NCBI GenBank assembly: GCA_004431415.1
Contig: QPMI01000056.1
Coordinates: 434,001 to 498,000, forward strand
DNA: 64,000 nucleotides
Direction: 5' to 3'
Source of the DNA: Cyanophora paradoxa CCMP329
Taxonomy: Eukaryota; Plantae; Glaucophyta
Shown piece by piece: positions 13,508 through 26,346 of the stretch; positions within the stretch are counted from its first letter, which is position 1; every line of letters starts with the position of its first letter. The translations under genes and the position numbers were made by a program. The notes beneath the pieces were generated by a model. That model was not told the origin of the DNA and searched no databases. It was given only the letters and a program-made list of their open reading frames with translations.

Positions 13508-16180
13508 CTATCGCTTGGGCTTTGAGGCTGCCGCCCCTCCGGATCCCGCGCCGGCGCCGGCGCCGTCCGCCCCCCGCACGTCGATGCCCAGCGCCGCCGC
13601 CCGCTGCGCCCCAGTCAACAAGCGAAGGCATCATGGCATCGAATTAAGGCCCGTGCGCGGCGCGCCTTTGCGACGGCGCGGGCGGAGGCCAGGTCGCCCC
13701 TCTGGACGTGCACCGCCGCCAGCGCGCGGAAGGCCTCCGGGCCCCCGAACTGCCCGCATCGATATCGATCGGGCCGGGCGGGCTCGACTAGGCGGATCGG
13801 ACGCGAGCAAGCGGACCTCTGGGTTAGAGGCGACGCCGGCGTTCTCGAGGGCCGGGAGCAACCGCTGCGCCGAACGCGGTGAGCGGCGAGTGGCGGGCCG
13901 GGCCCGGGGAGGGGCGGGGTGGGGCAGGGGGGGACGCGCCTCGAAGGCTGCACGCGCGTCGTCGAGACGCCCAAGGCAGTGGTAGACCCTCCCCAGGCAG
14001 AAGACGAACGGCAGCGACCTGCCCCGCCCGCTCAGCCGCCTGCAAAGCGACGCGGGCGGCGGGCGGCGGAGGGGCGGACTGCGGATGGCCGTCGCCGACA
14101 GAGGCGCAGAGGGCGCGCTCGGCGGCCTCGAGGCAGGCGACGGCGCGCCGGTCGTCGTGCGCCGGCGACGCCGCGTCGGCGTGCAGCGCGCCAAGCTGCC
14201 CCAGCAGCAGCCCCACCGCCGCGCTCTCCCCCGCCCCGTCCCCCAGCGCCCCCAGTAGGCTCTCCAGCGACCCCTGCCGCCCCCTCGGCGCCGCGCCGCC
14301 CCGGGAGGGGGGTACGGCACCTCCAGGGCGGCCACCGCCGCCTTTGGGTCGCCCCGCGCCGCGAGGGCCGTCTGCGCCGCGTCGGGCGGGGGCGGCGAGG
14401 GGTCTTGAATCACAAATACCTGTGCTCCATGCAGCTTGCTTTGACCGATTTCGGCACCTCCAGGGCGGCCACCGCCGCCTTTGGGTCGCCCCGCGCCGCG
14501 AGGGCCGTCTGCGCCGCGTCGGGCGGGGGCGGCGAGGGGTACGGGCGGGCCCGGGGGGTACCGCGAGGGCGCGTGTCGCCTCGACGACCTCCTCGCTGTC
14601 CGGCGTCTTCTGCGCCCGCAAGTCCGCCAGCGCCCGCTGTGGGGATGAGGGTCAGGCAGGCGGGGTACGCGCAGGCCCGGCGGGGTAGGCGGGGCGCGCC
14701 TGGAGAAGGGGTACAGTCTTGTCGTGGTTCCCCAGGTCGCTGTGCGCTTCCGCCAGGCTTCGCAAGGGGGTACTGAGGGGTGCCGGGGGCTGGGGGGTAC
14801 GGGAGCGTACGCCTGGCAGAGCTCGGGGATGGTGGTATCCCTCTCGATGTCCTCGCCACCCTCCGAGGCGATGAACAGCGCCCGCTGCTCCCAACACCGG
14901 TTGGCAACCGGGTTTGTGGGGGGTACGGGCTTCAGCGCACCTCGAGCAGGGGTACGGCCTTGGCCGCGAAGCCGTGCCGCCGGAGCGTGCCCGCGATCAA
15001 GGCGAGGGACCTGCGGGGGTACCGTGAGGAGGCGGGCGGGGCCGCGGGAGAGTACGCGGACATCGCGAGCTCGGCGCGGTCGGACGCGTCGAGATCGGAG
15101 GCGTCCGCCGCTTCGAGGAACATCGTCGCCGCCCGCTGCGGCGGGTCAGGCCCCTGAGGGGTACATGAGGCCGGCCGGGCTCGCCTTGAGCATGCGCTCG
15201 CCTTCGGCGCGGCGGCCGCGCTCGAGGTAGATGTCGCCCAGCTCGTGCAAGCACCAGGGCACCGTCTCGTCGTCCGGCGCGTCCTTCCCGCTCGCCACGC
15301 ACGCTGCCAGGCACGCCTGCGCGCGCTCTGTCGGCCGGAGCACCCGCGGCCTGCGCGGGCGCCGGCGCGCGCCTCGAAGATCGGCTGCGCCTTGTCCAGG
15401 TCCCGCCGCTGCATGTACGCGTCGCCCAGCGCGCTCATCGTCGCCAGCGTCTGCGCGCGCCCCGCCGTCGGCCCCGCGCGCGGCGGCGGGCGGCGGGTAG
15501 CGCACGATCTGGTGGCGGGGCCCAAACTCCCGCGTCGCGACGTCCACCGCGAGCTGCCGGGCGCCGGCGCCGGCGCGTCGGGCGGCGCGCGCGGCGGCGG
15601 GCGGCGCGCGGGGGCGCGGGGCCGGACCTTGAGGCGCGCCTCGGCCTCGGGAGAGGCGTCGTCCTCGAGCAGCTCCCGCGCCTGCGTCGTGAGCCGCACC
15701 ACCTTCTCCATGACCGCCGGGTCCGGCCCCCGCTCCCGCTCCCGCTCCCGGCGCTGCGCCTTGTCCGCGCTGCGCCCTTTGATCTTCTGCACCAGCCGCT
15801 TCCCCGTGTACCACCGTCGCTGCGGGAGGGTGCAAGGCCGCGCCGGGCGCTGAGCGGCCGCCTGGATCGGCGGATGGGCGGCCGAGGCAAGCCGTGCTGC
15901 GCGCTGCGACTGGCTCCGGGCGATCGCTGTGGCTATGCAGTCACGCGTAATCGTCGCCGAACCACAGCTGATCGCGCCCGTTGGCCGGGCAAGGGTAGCG
16001 CTGACGTCGATCGCCGCCCCCCGAAGCGCCGTAGCGGCAGCGCGTCCCCAGACGGCGTGTGACACTATGACACCCTGCGGCGCGTGCGCGTACGCGTTGG
16101 AACGGCCGGCGAACAGCTGCGGGCGGCGTAGTTGGGCACGGGAGCGACGCGGCCCGCACCTGCCTCCGGAGCGCCAGCAT
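13508..16180 (-). CDS. TPR protein T2 with putative mitochondrial presequence, spliced
   Basis: MLALRRQ, intron, then an Arg/Ala-rich leader ending RRWYT. TPR helices TLATMSALGDAYMQRRDLDKAQPIFE, WCLHELGDIYLERGRRAEGERML, CLGRVYHCLGRLDDARAAFE. Ends ASKPKR*. Confidence 0.75.
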
Positions 16181-16264
16181 CGCACGATATCCTAAACCAG
16201 CGTACTACGCGTTGGAATGAGCTGTGTGCGCGCGGCTCAACCTCGCTTTTTTTCGAGAAGAACG

Positions 16265-16276
16265 GGGGTAGAGCTC
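16265..16276 (+). promoter_or_regulatory. Conserved GGGGTAGAGCTC motif upstream of F-box genes (also 1619, 11321, 24455, 28436, 32719; variant at 36691)
   Basis: Same orientation relative to each F-box ATG, ~110-140 bp upstream (~220 bp for copy G), next to an A/T tract. Confidence 0.5.
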
Positions 16277-16396
16277 CATCGAACCGCAGTCCCTACAGCG
16301 CGTCGTGCTGCAGTCGTAGTACGGATCGCGCCAGTGTTTCAGCTTAGACGAGTAATCTGAAGCGGTCAAAGCGGTCGCCGAGCGTGAGCTCTTCGA

Positions 16397-18360
16397 ATGT
16401 CTGAACGAACAGCAAAGCGCGCGCGTGCGGAGGAGGCGTCGGTCCCGGCGAGCTCGTCTAGCAGCACTTCGGCAGCGGCAGCGAAGGCGTGCGCGAGCGG
16501 CGAGGGCGTGAATCATTTCGCGCGGCTGCCGGACGAGCTGGTGCGGCGCATCTTCGGCGAGCTCGAGGCGACGGAGGCGTACGAGACGTGCCAGCTCTGG
16601 TCGTTGGATCGTCGATTCCGGCAGATCATGCGGGGCGTGCACTGGCCGCAGCTGCGGGTCGAGCCCTGTCGGGAGCCGACGGCTGAAGATTCTCTGGCAA
16701 TCTGCACGGCGGAGTACAGGAAGCGCGTGGAGCGAGTCACAGCCCGTGTCCAAAGCGGCGCACTGGCGGGCTGTCGGCGGCTCGTCGTCGGCCCAGCGTT
16801 GGCGGGAGGGCACGCAGCCGTGGGCTCGAAGGAGAGCGTGGAGGCGTGCATCCGTTCGACAGTTGCGATGGCAAGTGAGCCTTCAATCGCGCCCTTCTTG
16901 ACCGGAGGCCGCTCTGACGCTCGCTCTCCGTGCCGTCGTCGCAGAAATGCTGGGGGCCTTGTCGGTCGCGCCCGCGCGGCTTGAAGACGTCTGCTTCTCA
17001 GCCCACTGGATGGGCTGGCCGTGGCCTTCGAGACAGAGTAAGCTGGGCATCGACAAGCCACAAGCCCTGGATGACGTCGTGGGCGCCTTCCTGACGGCGC
17101 TGCGCCCCGCCCCACTGCGAGCGCTGCGGCTGGAAGATTTCTCCATCTTCTGGTCCTTCACTAGAGTTGCAGCCATGGGGTGCCTACCGAACCTCCAGGA
17201 GCTCAGTTTCGAGCAGACCTACCTGACGAACGTTACGAAGGAGACTACGGTTCGCATTCTCTCGCCGCATCCCGCTTCTCTAGAAGCCATCCTCCTGACC
17301 GCCCTGCTGCGATGCAGTCGAAGCTCGTGAAGCTCTGGTCGGGCCTGAAGAAAATCGCGTGCAACGTGAAGGACGGGGAGGCGCTGCGGGTGCTCTCTCA
17401 GCTCCCGCTGGAGGAGCTGCGGGCCACCGCCTACTCGTGCGCCGGCGTGGAAGAGGCGCTGGAGGCCTTCAAGACCGACTCCGTCCGGGCGCTGCACCTG
17501 CCCTCGCACGCCGGCGTGAAGCTCCCGGCCGCCCCGCGCCTCCTCGCCTCGCTCCTTCGCCTCCGTAACCTCGAGGAGCTCTCGATCGCGGTTCGCTTTC
17601 CCACCAGATTCCCTTCTTTCGGCCGCTCTGACCCGGGGCCGTTCTCTCGGCAGGTCGACAACGGCTCCGGCGAGGCCCTCGCGGGCCTCGGCGCCCTCCA
17701 GAAGCTGCGCTCCCTGAGGCTTCTCCTGATGGCTCGCCCCGCTCTTCTTTCTATGTGCACTTCATCCTCTCAACCCTCCCTCAGATTTGCGGGGACGCTC
17801 CCGCAGGCGACGTGGGCCTTCTGCGGGCCGCCGCGGCGGGTCTGGAGGCCCTCCCCCGCCTCGATTCGCTCTACCTGCAGATCGCCGGGCTAGACAGCCA
17901 TGTGGGGGCGCCTCCCGGGCCGGAACCGGGAGACCTCGCCTCCCTGATCCGCGCGGGCCGCCCGAGCCTGCGGGAGCTGAAGGTCTGGGCGCGTACCCCG
18001 GCCTCGACAGAGCTCCTCGGGGTCCGACCCGCCCCTGCGCCGCCGCCCCTTTATCTTCCTTTCTGATCCCGCCCGGGCCCGCAGGAGGTCGCGCGGGCCG
18101 GCCCCAAGCTGGAGGAGGTCCGGCTCTGCCAGAGCGCCGACGGCGTCGACGAGCTGGGCGTCTACAGCGAGCTGCTCGGGATGCCCGCGGCCGACGCGCG
18201 CGCCCCCGGTTTCAACGTGCATGTCGTGCTCTTTATCCCGGAGCCGATTCACAGGCAGGTGCTCGCGATTCTCCGCGGCTACTTGAAGGGTAGGAAGCTT
18301 CCCGTTCGCTTCGATATTCGTACCGAAGCTGAAGCCTTAGAAGTACTCGAGCTCCACTAA
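16397..18360 (+). CDS. F-box/LRR-like family gene, copy C, spliced
   Basis: NHFARLPDELVRRIFGELEATEAYETC; same intron positions as the paralogs; ends EVLELH* (TAA 18358-18360). Confidence 0.85.
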
Positions 18361-18642
18361 TCTAGCTATAGCTATCTGCTGACTGACTTCCGGCTAGCTA
18401 GCTCGAGACGGGGAGGTCACCGTGGTCACATATACATTCAATTTAATACGCGGCTCGGCGCCGCGGCGGGGCGGGGCGAGGGGAGGGGAGTCGGGGTGCG
18501 GGGGCTGGGGCGGGGTGGGCATCCTCGGGGCGGTGCCGCATTAGCCGCTCAGGGGTGCGGGGGAAGGGAGCACAGGGGCGCCTGAAGGTGTCACATTCGG
18601 ATCGCGCCGTAACCCTACGCGGTCCGCCGAGCCCGATACCCT

Positions 18643-18841
18643 GGTAGAGCTCTCCGCCAGCTTTCGAACGACCCCCATATTGCGATGGAAGGGGGGGTAC
18701 ACAAACACGAGTTGGCCGAGGGTCAGCTCCTTCCCTCCGCCCCTGCTCCCTGCGCCGGTCTCAGAACCGGATAGAGCTCTCCGCCAGCTTTCGAATGACC
18801 TCCATATTGCGGGGGCCGGGAGGGGGGTACACGCACCAGTT
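18643..18841 (+). repeat. Diverged ~70-bp direct repeat, two copies, period ~127 bp
   Basis: tagagctctccgccagctttcgaa.gacc.ccatattgcg...ggggggtacac at ~18644 and ~18772. Confidence 0.7.
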
Positions 18842-19639
18842 CCGCCGGGTCCGGTCCCTCGTTCGAAAGGTCCGCGCCGGACGCTGAGAAAGGTTCTGCG
18901 CGTTCACAAGTGAGCTCGCCAGTGCACGAGCCGGCGCTGCACGCACGCGCAGCTACAGTCTACAGCTGCAGCGCTCACGTACGCGGCTGGCAGCACCACC
19001 AATTCTGCGCGGCGATCGCGCGAGCGTTCACGTTCGGTCGGCAGCCGCTGAGAAAAAGATGGGGGATCCTGTCGTCGTGGCCTGGACCGTTGAACCGCGT
19101 TCGGTCGAAGCTACGGGCGGTTCGCAAGGAAGGCAGGCGGTCGAATTCAGCACGTGATATTCACCGCGCGAGGCGCAACGAATCAGCCTACGCGAGCCCT
19201 GCAGCGCGGCGCACAGCCCGATCGAGCCCGCATGCATCTCGAGCTCGCGTCCTGTGCCGCGACGGGGTGTGTTAGGCACTGTTAGCCTAGTAGTAAGCGC
19301 AAGAAATGTTCGGCACGCAAAGCTCACGCGGGCTCGATGTGCGATGCGTGGCGCTTGTGCGATACGGTGTTGGAGTGCTCGGCTTAGCAGCGCTGACCAA
19401 CGCATTGCGTAGGAACACGATAAGCTTTAAGAAAGCTGCGTGTTGGGCCGCATGCTCGTCAATATCGTACCCCAGCCTAGCAGCGCTTTCTTGTTCGGCG
19501 GACAGCTGCACCAGCACGATCGGTCTCATAGCGCTCAGAAGACCGGCAATGCTCGCTATACACAGACAGGTGCCGCCGCGCCGCTTCGAATCCCTACCTC
19601 GCCGCCCTGCGCTCCCTGACCGATACGCGCCCGCCGCGG

Positions 19640-22186
19640 ATGCAGGTCATGTCGCCGACGCTGGGGGGACGCGCTCTCGCGGCGGTACGCGAGGCCGCCT
19701 GCGCGGCGGGCCGTGCACGCGCAGCTCCCCTCGGGAGCCCCGCCTGCAGCCGGGACGTCGCTACGCTGAGCTTTTCGACTTCAAGCGAAGCGCGGATTCG
19801 GTTCCCCCAACGGACGCCAGCAGAGGCCGGGGCGCTCGCCCAGCACAGCGCTCTCCCGCCGCCCAGCCGCGTCTTGGGCGCCGGCGCAGCCATCTCGGGG
19901 CAGCGGCAGGCCCTACGGCCGCTAGATCAGCCGCGTAGGCGATACTCTTCGGCCGGCACCGCGTCGCAGGCGATGGGCGTGAGCGCCGAGGACGGCTGGG
20001 CGGAGTCCGGGGCGGTCGAGGACCTCCTGAAGCGGGCGATGACGACAGCGCAGGCCGGCGACCTCGCTGAGGCGGAGGGACACATGCAGGCGCGCTGGCT
20101 TGCGTCCGGCCGCACGCGCGTGCGCGCCCGCTCACCGCCGCTGCCTCCCGCGCAGGCCGCGCTCGACCTGACGAAGCGGACGCTGGGCGCGAGCCACCGA
20201 AACGTGAGGCCGCCCCGCCGCTTTTCTAAGCCGCGGGCTGCCCTTAGCAAGGTTTCCGTACCCCGGCAGACGCTGGCGATCACGTGCAGCCTCGCGAGTC
20301 TGTGGAGGCGGAAAGGGGACGCGGATCGGGCTCGCGCCCTGTTCGAGGCGCGCCCCGCCCCGCCCGCCCGTCCGCCCCCGCGCCTCTGACCAGAGGAGGG
20401 TACAGAGCGCGGTGGAGGCGTGTGGTACCCCCGGCCCCGGGGACGACCTGGGGGGTCGGGCCGCCCTGGAGATCGCTAGCATTCACCTCTTCGGGAACCG
20501 CCGCGAGGACGCCGAGCGCTCGATCGAGGTACCCCCTCCCTCCCATCCACCCCTCCCCAAATCGCCGACGCCGAGGGGGGGTAGCGTGCCGTGGAGCTCT
20601 TCGGGCGTTCCGCGGGCCCAAGCGACGTCCGGCTCGCCGAGTGCGCCCCTACCCCCCCCCCTACCCCGAAGCTTCGTGTATCCCCCGACGCTCTCCTCAG
20701 GGCCCTGCTCGTCTGCGCACAGATGCTGCGGCACTGCGGCGCCCGGGCAAAAGCGGTACCCCTCGTCGAGGCGAGCCCGCCGGCCGCTCCCGCCGCGCCC
20801 CTCCGACGCGCCCGCGCAGAGGGCTCTGGAGGTGTACACCGTTAGTCGCGGGCCCGTCAGCCCGGAGGCGGCCCGCGCTCTCTCCAGGCGAGCGTACCCC
20901 CTTGGCCCCGCCCCGCGTACCCCCGCCCCTCTCAGTCCGCCGCAGCCTGGGTACCGATCTGGCGGAGCTCGGGGAAACCGAGCGCGCCCTACCCATCCTC
21001 GAGGTGCGCTGGCCTGTACCCCGTCTACCCGCTCCGCTTCGCTGACCTGGGGGTAGAGGGCGCTGGGGACCCACGCGGGGGCGCTGGCGGCGGGCGGCGA
21101 GCAGAGGGACTACAGCGTCACCGTCACCGTCCTCGCCGTGCGCGTACCCCCCTTCTCCTCCCCCGCCCCGTCCCTTACGAGCCGCGGGGGGCGCAGGCGC
21201 TTCACATGAAGCGCGGCGACGCCGAGGCTGCCGCCGGGCTCCTGGAGGTCCGTACCCCCCTCTCTCCCCCCCCCCTCCATATTCGGGATCGAATCCTCCC
21301 GCAGCGGTCCCTGGAGGATATTCGAAAGGCGCTGGGCCCAGCGGCGGAGACGAGCGAGCCCCTGGGGGTACTCGTGGGCCAGCTGGGGGTACTGCGCGCC
21401 AGCGTCGACCCCGCCTCGCCCCTCCACGACCCCGCCAGCGCCCTCGCCTGCCTCGAGGTGCCCTGTAGCCCCCTCCCCGCGGCCCTTGGGCTCCTCTTAC
21501 CCCCCGCCCCGCGCAGGCCGCCGACCGCGCGCTGAGCGCCGCCCGCGGGGCCGAGCACCCGGCGTGCGCCCGTACCCCCCGCGCCCCCTCCCCGTCCTCC
21601 AAACCTGCGCAGGCGGCCGCCGGGCGTCCCGTACCGCTTCACGCTGGCGCGCCTGTACCTCTCCCAGGGCCGCCACGACGACGCCCGCGCCGTCCTCCAG
21701 GTCCGCCCGCCCGCCCGCTCCGCCGCTGCCCCCGCGTCGTTTGATCACGTACCCCCGCAGCGCATGGCGCCCGTGCTCGACCACATGCCCGAGGCCCAAA
21801 AGGGGGTACGTGCGCGCATGCACGCCACGCCTCCGCTCCCTCGCGGGCCCCCGGCGGCGTGCCGAGCCGAGCCGATCTCGGGCTGGGCAGGGGCCGCTGG
21901 CGGGCCTGGCGGGCGGGGCGTTCCGGCTGCTGGCGGCCCTGCACCTCCAGCGCGGCGACGAGGCCGCCGCCGCCTCCGCCCTGATGGTCCGCCCGCCCGC
22001 CCCCAGCCGGCGCCCGCCCGCGGCCCGCCGCTCCCCGCTCCCTTCGGGCCTCACGCGGGGCGCCGCTCCCCTCTCCCTTAAGCTTCGGGCCTGACGCGGG
22101 GCGGCCGCGCGCGGGCGCAGCGCGCGAAGGCGCGGGAGGCGGACCCCGGCCCCGACGCGGGCGCTGGCGCCAGCGGGTCGAATTGA
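19640..22186 (+). CDS. TPR protein T3, divergent paralog with putative mitochondrial presequence, spliced
   Basis: Leader ending RRRYSS; TLAITCSLASLWRRKGDADRARALFE; VLVGQLGVLRASVDPASPLHD; FTLARLYLSQGRHDDARAVLQ. Exon layout similar to T2. Ends ASGSN*. Confidence 0.75.
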
Positions 22187-22307
22187 AGGCGCTGGCGGCG
22201 GATCCGGAGCATGTGGCCCAGGGTGCCCTCCCCGCCTCAAGCTACTAGGCTAGTCAGCCGAAATTACATGTTCGAATTCGAAGCAAAGTTCAAGAAAAGA
22301 GGGAGTG

Positions 22308-24315
22308 CTAGCTAGCGCTAGCTAATGATGAGGACCGCAACTTCGTATCGTTTATCTGAATGGTGATTGGAAGCTTCCTAGCGCTGAGCCAACCGCGGAA
22401 AACGGCGAGCGCCTGGTCTAGAAGAGGGTCCGGAACTTTCCAGGCTAGATGGACGTGGAAGCCGGGGGGCCGGTCCTCGGGCACGCTGAGCAGCTCGCTG
22501 CAGGGTCCCAGCTGTCCGATGCCAGCGTCAGGAGGACCGCAATACAGGATGTACACTTTCCCCAGCTTGGGGCCGGCCCGCGCGACCTCCTGCGGGGCGG
22601 GCCGTGGCGGGATCAGACAGGGCAGGGTATCGGACAGGGACAGGGCAAGGCGCAGCGGGTCGCCCAGCGGACCTGTAGGACCTCTGCCGAAGCCAGCGTG
22701 TTAGTGATCCGGAGCTCCCGCAGGCACGGACGGCCGGCGCGAATCAGAGACGCGAGGCCGGCGGGGTCCAGCGTCAATCCTTTGACAACCAGGACGAGCG
22801 ACTCGAGGCGGGGAAGGGCCGCCAGCGCCGCCGCGGCCGCCTGCAGCACGCCGGCGCCCCCGGCGGAAGCGGAGAAGAGCTGCGGAACAGCAGTGAGCTT
22901 TTTGAGTCGGCCCAGCGTGTGGGAAGGGCGGCGGCACAGATCGGAAGCTAGCGGGGCTAGAGGGGATGCACGTCGAGGTGGAAAGTGAGGGAGCGGAGCT
23001 TCTGGAGGGCGCCGAGGCCCGCGAGGGCGTCGCCGGAGCTGTGGTCGATCTGCGGGCGAAAGGGTCAGATCAAATAAAATCAGATCAGATCTGAGCGGAG
23101 GGGCGGCACCGACGCGGTGAGCTCCTCGAGGTTGCGGAGGCGGACGATCAAGGCGAGGAGGCGGGGGCTGACGGTGTGCTGGGGCTGCAGCGAGCCAAGG
23201 GGGGCAGGCAGGTGCAGCGCCCGGACGCAGTCGGTCTTGAAGGCCTCGAGGGCCTCTTCCACGCCCGCGCACGATTCGGCAGTGACCCGCAGCTCCTCCA
23301 GCGGGAGCTGAGAGAGCACACGCAGCACGTCCCCGTCGTTCACGTTGCACGCGATCTTCTTCAGGCCCGACCAGAGCTTCACGAGCTTCGACTGCATCGC
23401 AGCAGGGCGGTCAGGAGGACGGCTTCTAGAGAAGCGGGATGCGGCGAGAGAATGCGAACCGTGATCTCTTTCGTAACGTTCGTCGAGTAGGTCTGCTCGA
23501 AACTGAGCTCCTGGAGGTGCGGTAGGCACCCCATGGCTGCAACTCTGATAAAGTGCCAGAAGACGGAGAGGTCTTCCAGCCGCAGCGCTCGCAGTGGGGC
23601 GGGGCGCAGCGCCGTCAGGAAGGCGCTTACAACGTGCTCCAGAGGCTGTGGGTTGTCGATGCCCAGCTCCTTCTGTCTCGCCAGCCGAGGCCAAACCATC
23701 CAGTCGCCTGAGAAGCAGACGTCTTCAAGCGGAGCGGGCGCGACCGACAAGGCCCCCAGCATTTCTGCGACGACGGCACGGAGAGCGAGCGTCAGAGCGG
23801 CCCGAGGTGCGGAACGAAGCTACTTGAAGCTGACCTGACATCGCACGTGCTGAAACGATGCACGCCTCGACGCTCTCCTTCGAGCCCACGTGCACGGCTG
23901 GGTGTCCGCCCGCAAACGGCGGGCCGACGACGAGCCGCCGGCAGCCCGCAAGCGCTCTACTTCGAATGCGCGCAGTAACTCGTTCTAGACGCTGTCTGTA
24001 CGCCTTCAAGCTTGCCAGCTGATCGCCGTCATCGCTGGGCTCAATCCGCAGAAGCTGCCAGTGCACGCCGCGCATCAGCTGCCGGAACCGCCGATCCAGA
24101 GACCAAAGCTGACAGGTCTCGTACGCCTCCGTCGCTTCCAGCTCGCTGAGGATGCGCCGCACCAGCTCGTCCGGCAGCCGCGCGAAATGGTTCACGCCCT
24201 CGCCGCTCGCGCACGCCTCCGCTGCCGCTGCAGATGAGGCGACTGCTATGCTTGAAAAGTTCGCCGGGGTGGAGGGCTCCGCCGTACGCGCGCGCTTCGC
24301 CGCTCGCTTTGCCAT
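22308..24315 (-). CDS. F-box/LRR-like family gene, copy D, spliced
   Basis: MAKRAAKRART...NHFARLPDELVRRILSELEATEAYETC; last exon ARKLPITIQINDTKL. Confidence 0.85.
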
Positions 24316-24505
24316 TTGAAGAGATTGAGCTCAAGCTCAGCGACCTTGCAACCGGCCTCCGCTCAGGGAGAGTCGCGCTGATGGTACGATCCGTTATGCG
24401 GCGCGGCCGCCGCACGCCACTGCTGGGAGCAACGATGGGAGTGACCGCCGGATTGAGCTCTACCCCCCGCCCACACAAAACAAACGTGTGGGCCACGTCG
24501 CTCTC

Positions 24506-26293
24506 ATGCCCGCCTGCGCCGCCGGCCGTCCCAACGCGTATGCTAGCGCTCGTTTAGGACGTCGTGCGATGGGCACGCCCAGCCGCCGAATTGAACAGCC
24601 CAGCGCCCGGCCGGCGCGGCCTTGCGCTCTCGCGCAGCGGCTGTGGTACACGGGGAAGCGGGCGGCGGGTGCAGAAGGTCAAGGAGCGCAGCGCGGGCGA
24701 GGCGCCGGCGCAGCGGCGGGAGCGGGAGCGGGAGCCGGACCCGGCGGTCCTGGAGAAGGTGGTGCGGCTCACGAAGCAGGCGCGGGAGCTGCTCGAGGAC
24801 GACGCCTCTCCCAAGGCCGTGGCGCGCCTTAAGGTCCGGCCCCCAGACCCCGCGCGCCGCCCGCCGCCGCGCGCCCGACGCGCCGGCGCCGGCGCCCGGC
24901 AGCTCGCGGTGGAAGTCGCGACGCGGGAGTTTGGGCCCCGCCACCAGATCGTGCGCAGCGCTGCGCTGCCCGCCGGCGCCGCCGCATGCGCGCGGGGCCG
25001 ACGGCGGGGCGCGGGCAGACGCTGGCGGCGATGAGCGCGCTGGGCGACGCGTACATGCAGCGGCGGGACCTGGACAAGGCGCAGCCGATCTTCGAGGCGC
25101 GCGCCGGCGCCCGCGCGGGCCGCGGGGGCGGCGGCCGAGCGTCCGCGCGCAGGCGTGCCTGGCGGCGTGCGTGGCGAGCGGGAAGGACGCGCCGGACGAC
25201 GAGACGGTGCCCTGGTGCTTGCACGAGCTGGGCGACATCTACCTCGAGCGCGGCCGCCGCGCCGAAGGCGAGCGCATGCTCCAGGCGAGCCCGGCCGGCA
25301 TCCTGTACCCCTTCGGTCCCTCACCCGCCGCAGCGGGCGGCGACAATGTTCCTCGAGGCGGCGGACGCCTCCGCTCTCGACGCGTCCGACCGCACCGAGC
25401 TCGCGATGTCCGCGTACCCCTCCCACGGCCCCGCCCGCCTCCTCAAGGTACCCCCGCAGGTCCCTCGCTTTGATCGCGGGCACGCTCCGGCGGCACGGCT
25501 TCGCGGCCAAGGCCGTACCCCTGCTCGAGGCGCGCCGGAGCCCGTACCCCCCACAGCCCCACAGCCCCGGTTGCCGACCGGTGTTGAGCGCAGCGGGCGC
25601 TGTTCATCGCCTCGGAGGGTGGCGATGACATCGAGAGGGATACCACCGTCCCCGAGCTCTGCCAGGCGTACGATCCCATACCCCCCAGCCCCCGGCGCCC
25701 CTCAGTGCTCCCTTGCGCAGCCTGGCGTAGGCCCACAGCGACCTAGGGAACCACGACAAGACTGTACCCCTTCTCCAGGCGCGCCCCGCCTACCCCGCCC
25801 GGCCTGCTCGTACCCGCCCGCCTGACGGGCGGGCGCAGAAGGCTCCGGAGCGAGGAGGTCGTCGAGGCGACACGCGCCCTCGCGGTACCCCCCGGGCCCG
25901 CCCGTACCCCGCCGCGCCCCCGCCCGACGCGGCGCAGACGGCCCTCGCGGCGCGGGGCGACCCAAAGGCGGCGGTGGCCGCCCTGGAGGTGCCGTACCCC
26001 CCCCACCCCCCCCTTCCCCCCTTCCTCCCCCCCCCTCGGCGTCCCCCCCTCGGGCCGCCGTACCCCCCTCCCGGGTCGGCGCGGCGCCGAGGGGGCGGCA
26101 GGGGTTGCTGGAGGGCGCTTGGGGGTGAGGCGCGGACGAGCCCCTCCGCCGCCCGCCGCCCGCCGCCCGCCCGCTTAGCTGAACCCCGACCGGGGGGGGC
26201 AGGTCGCTGCCGTTAACGTTTTCTGCCTGGGGAGGGCAGCCTTCGAGGCGCGCCCCCCCCCCCCCCCCGCCCCCCCCCCCCCCCTCCCCCCGC
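24506..26293 (+). pseudogene. TPR pseudogene T4
   Basis: Homologous to T2 but with 5' deletions, a 4-nt insertion near 24660, an in-frame TAG at 25728-25730 (Glu codon in T2/T5) and lost 3' exons. Confidence 0.75.
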
Positions 26294-26346
26294 CGACTCT
26301 CAATTATCCCGAGCTTAATCTGTATAATCTGTACTGTATTCATGCA

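Larger units (their letters stand above)
1..14453 (+). repeat. Near-identical tandem segmental duplication, period ~9.7 kb (1-4743 recurs at 9701-14453; inferred unit 4694-14403)
   Basis: Compared by eye: same sequence at offset 9700-9710; the differences noticed are homopolymer-length indels. Confidence 0.95.
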
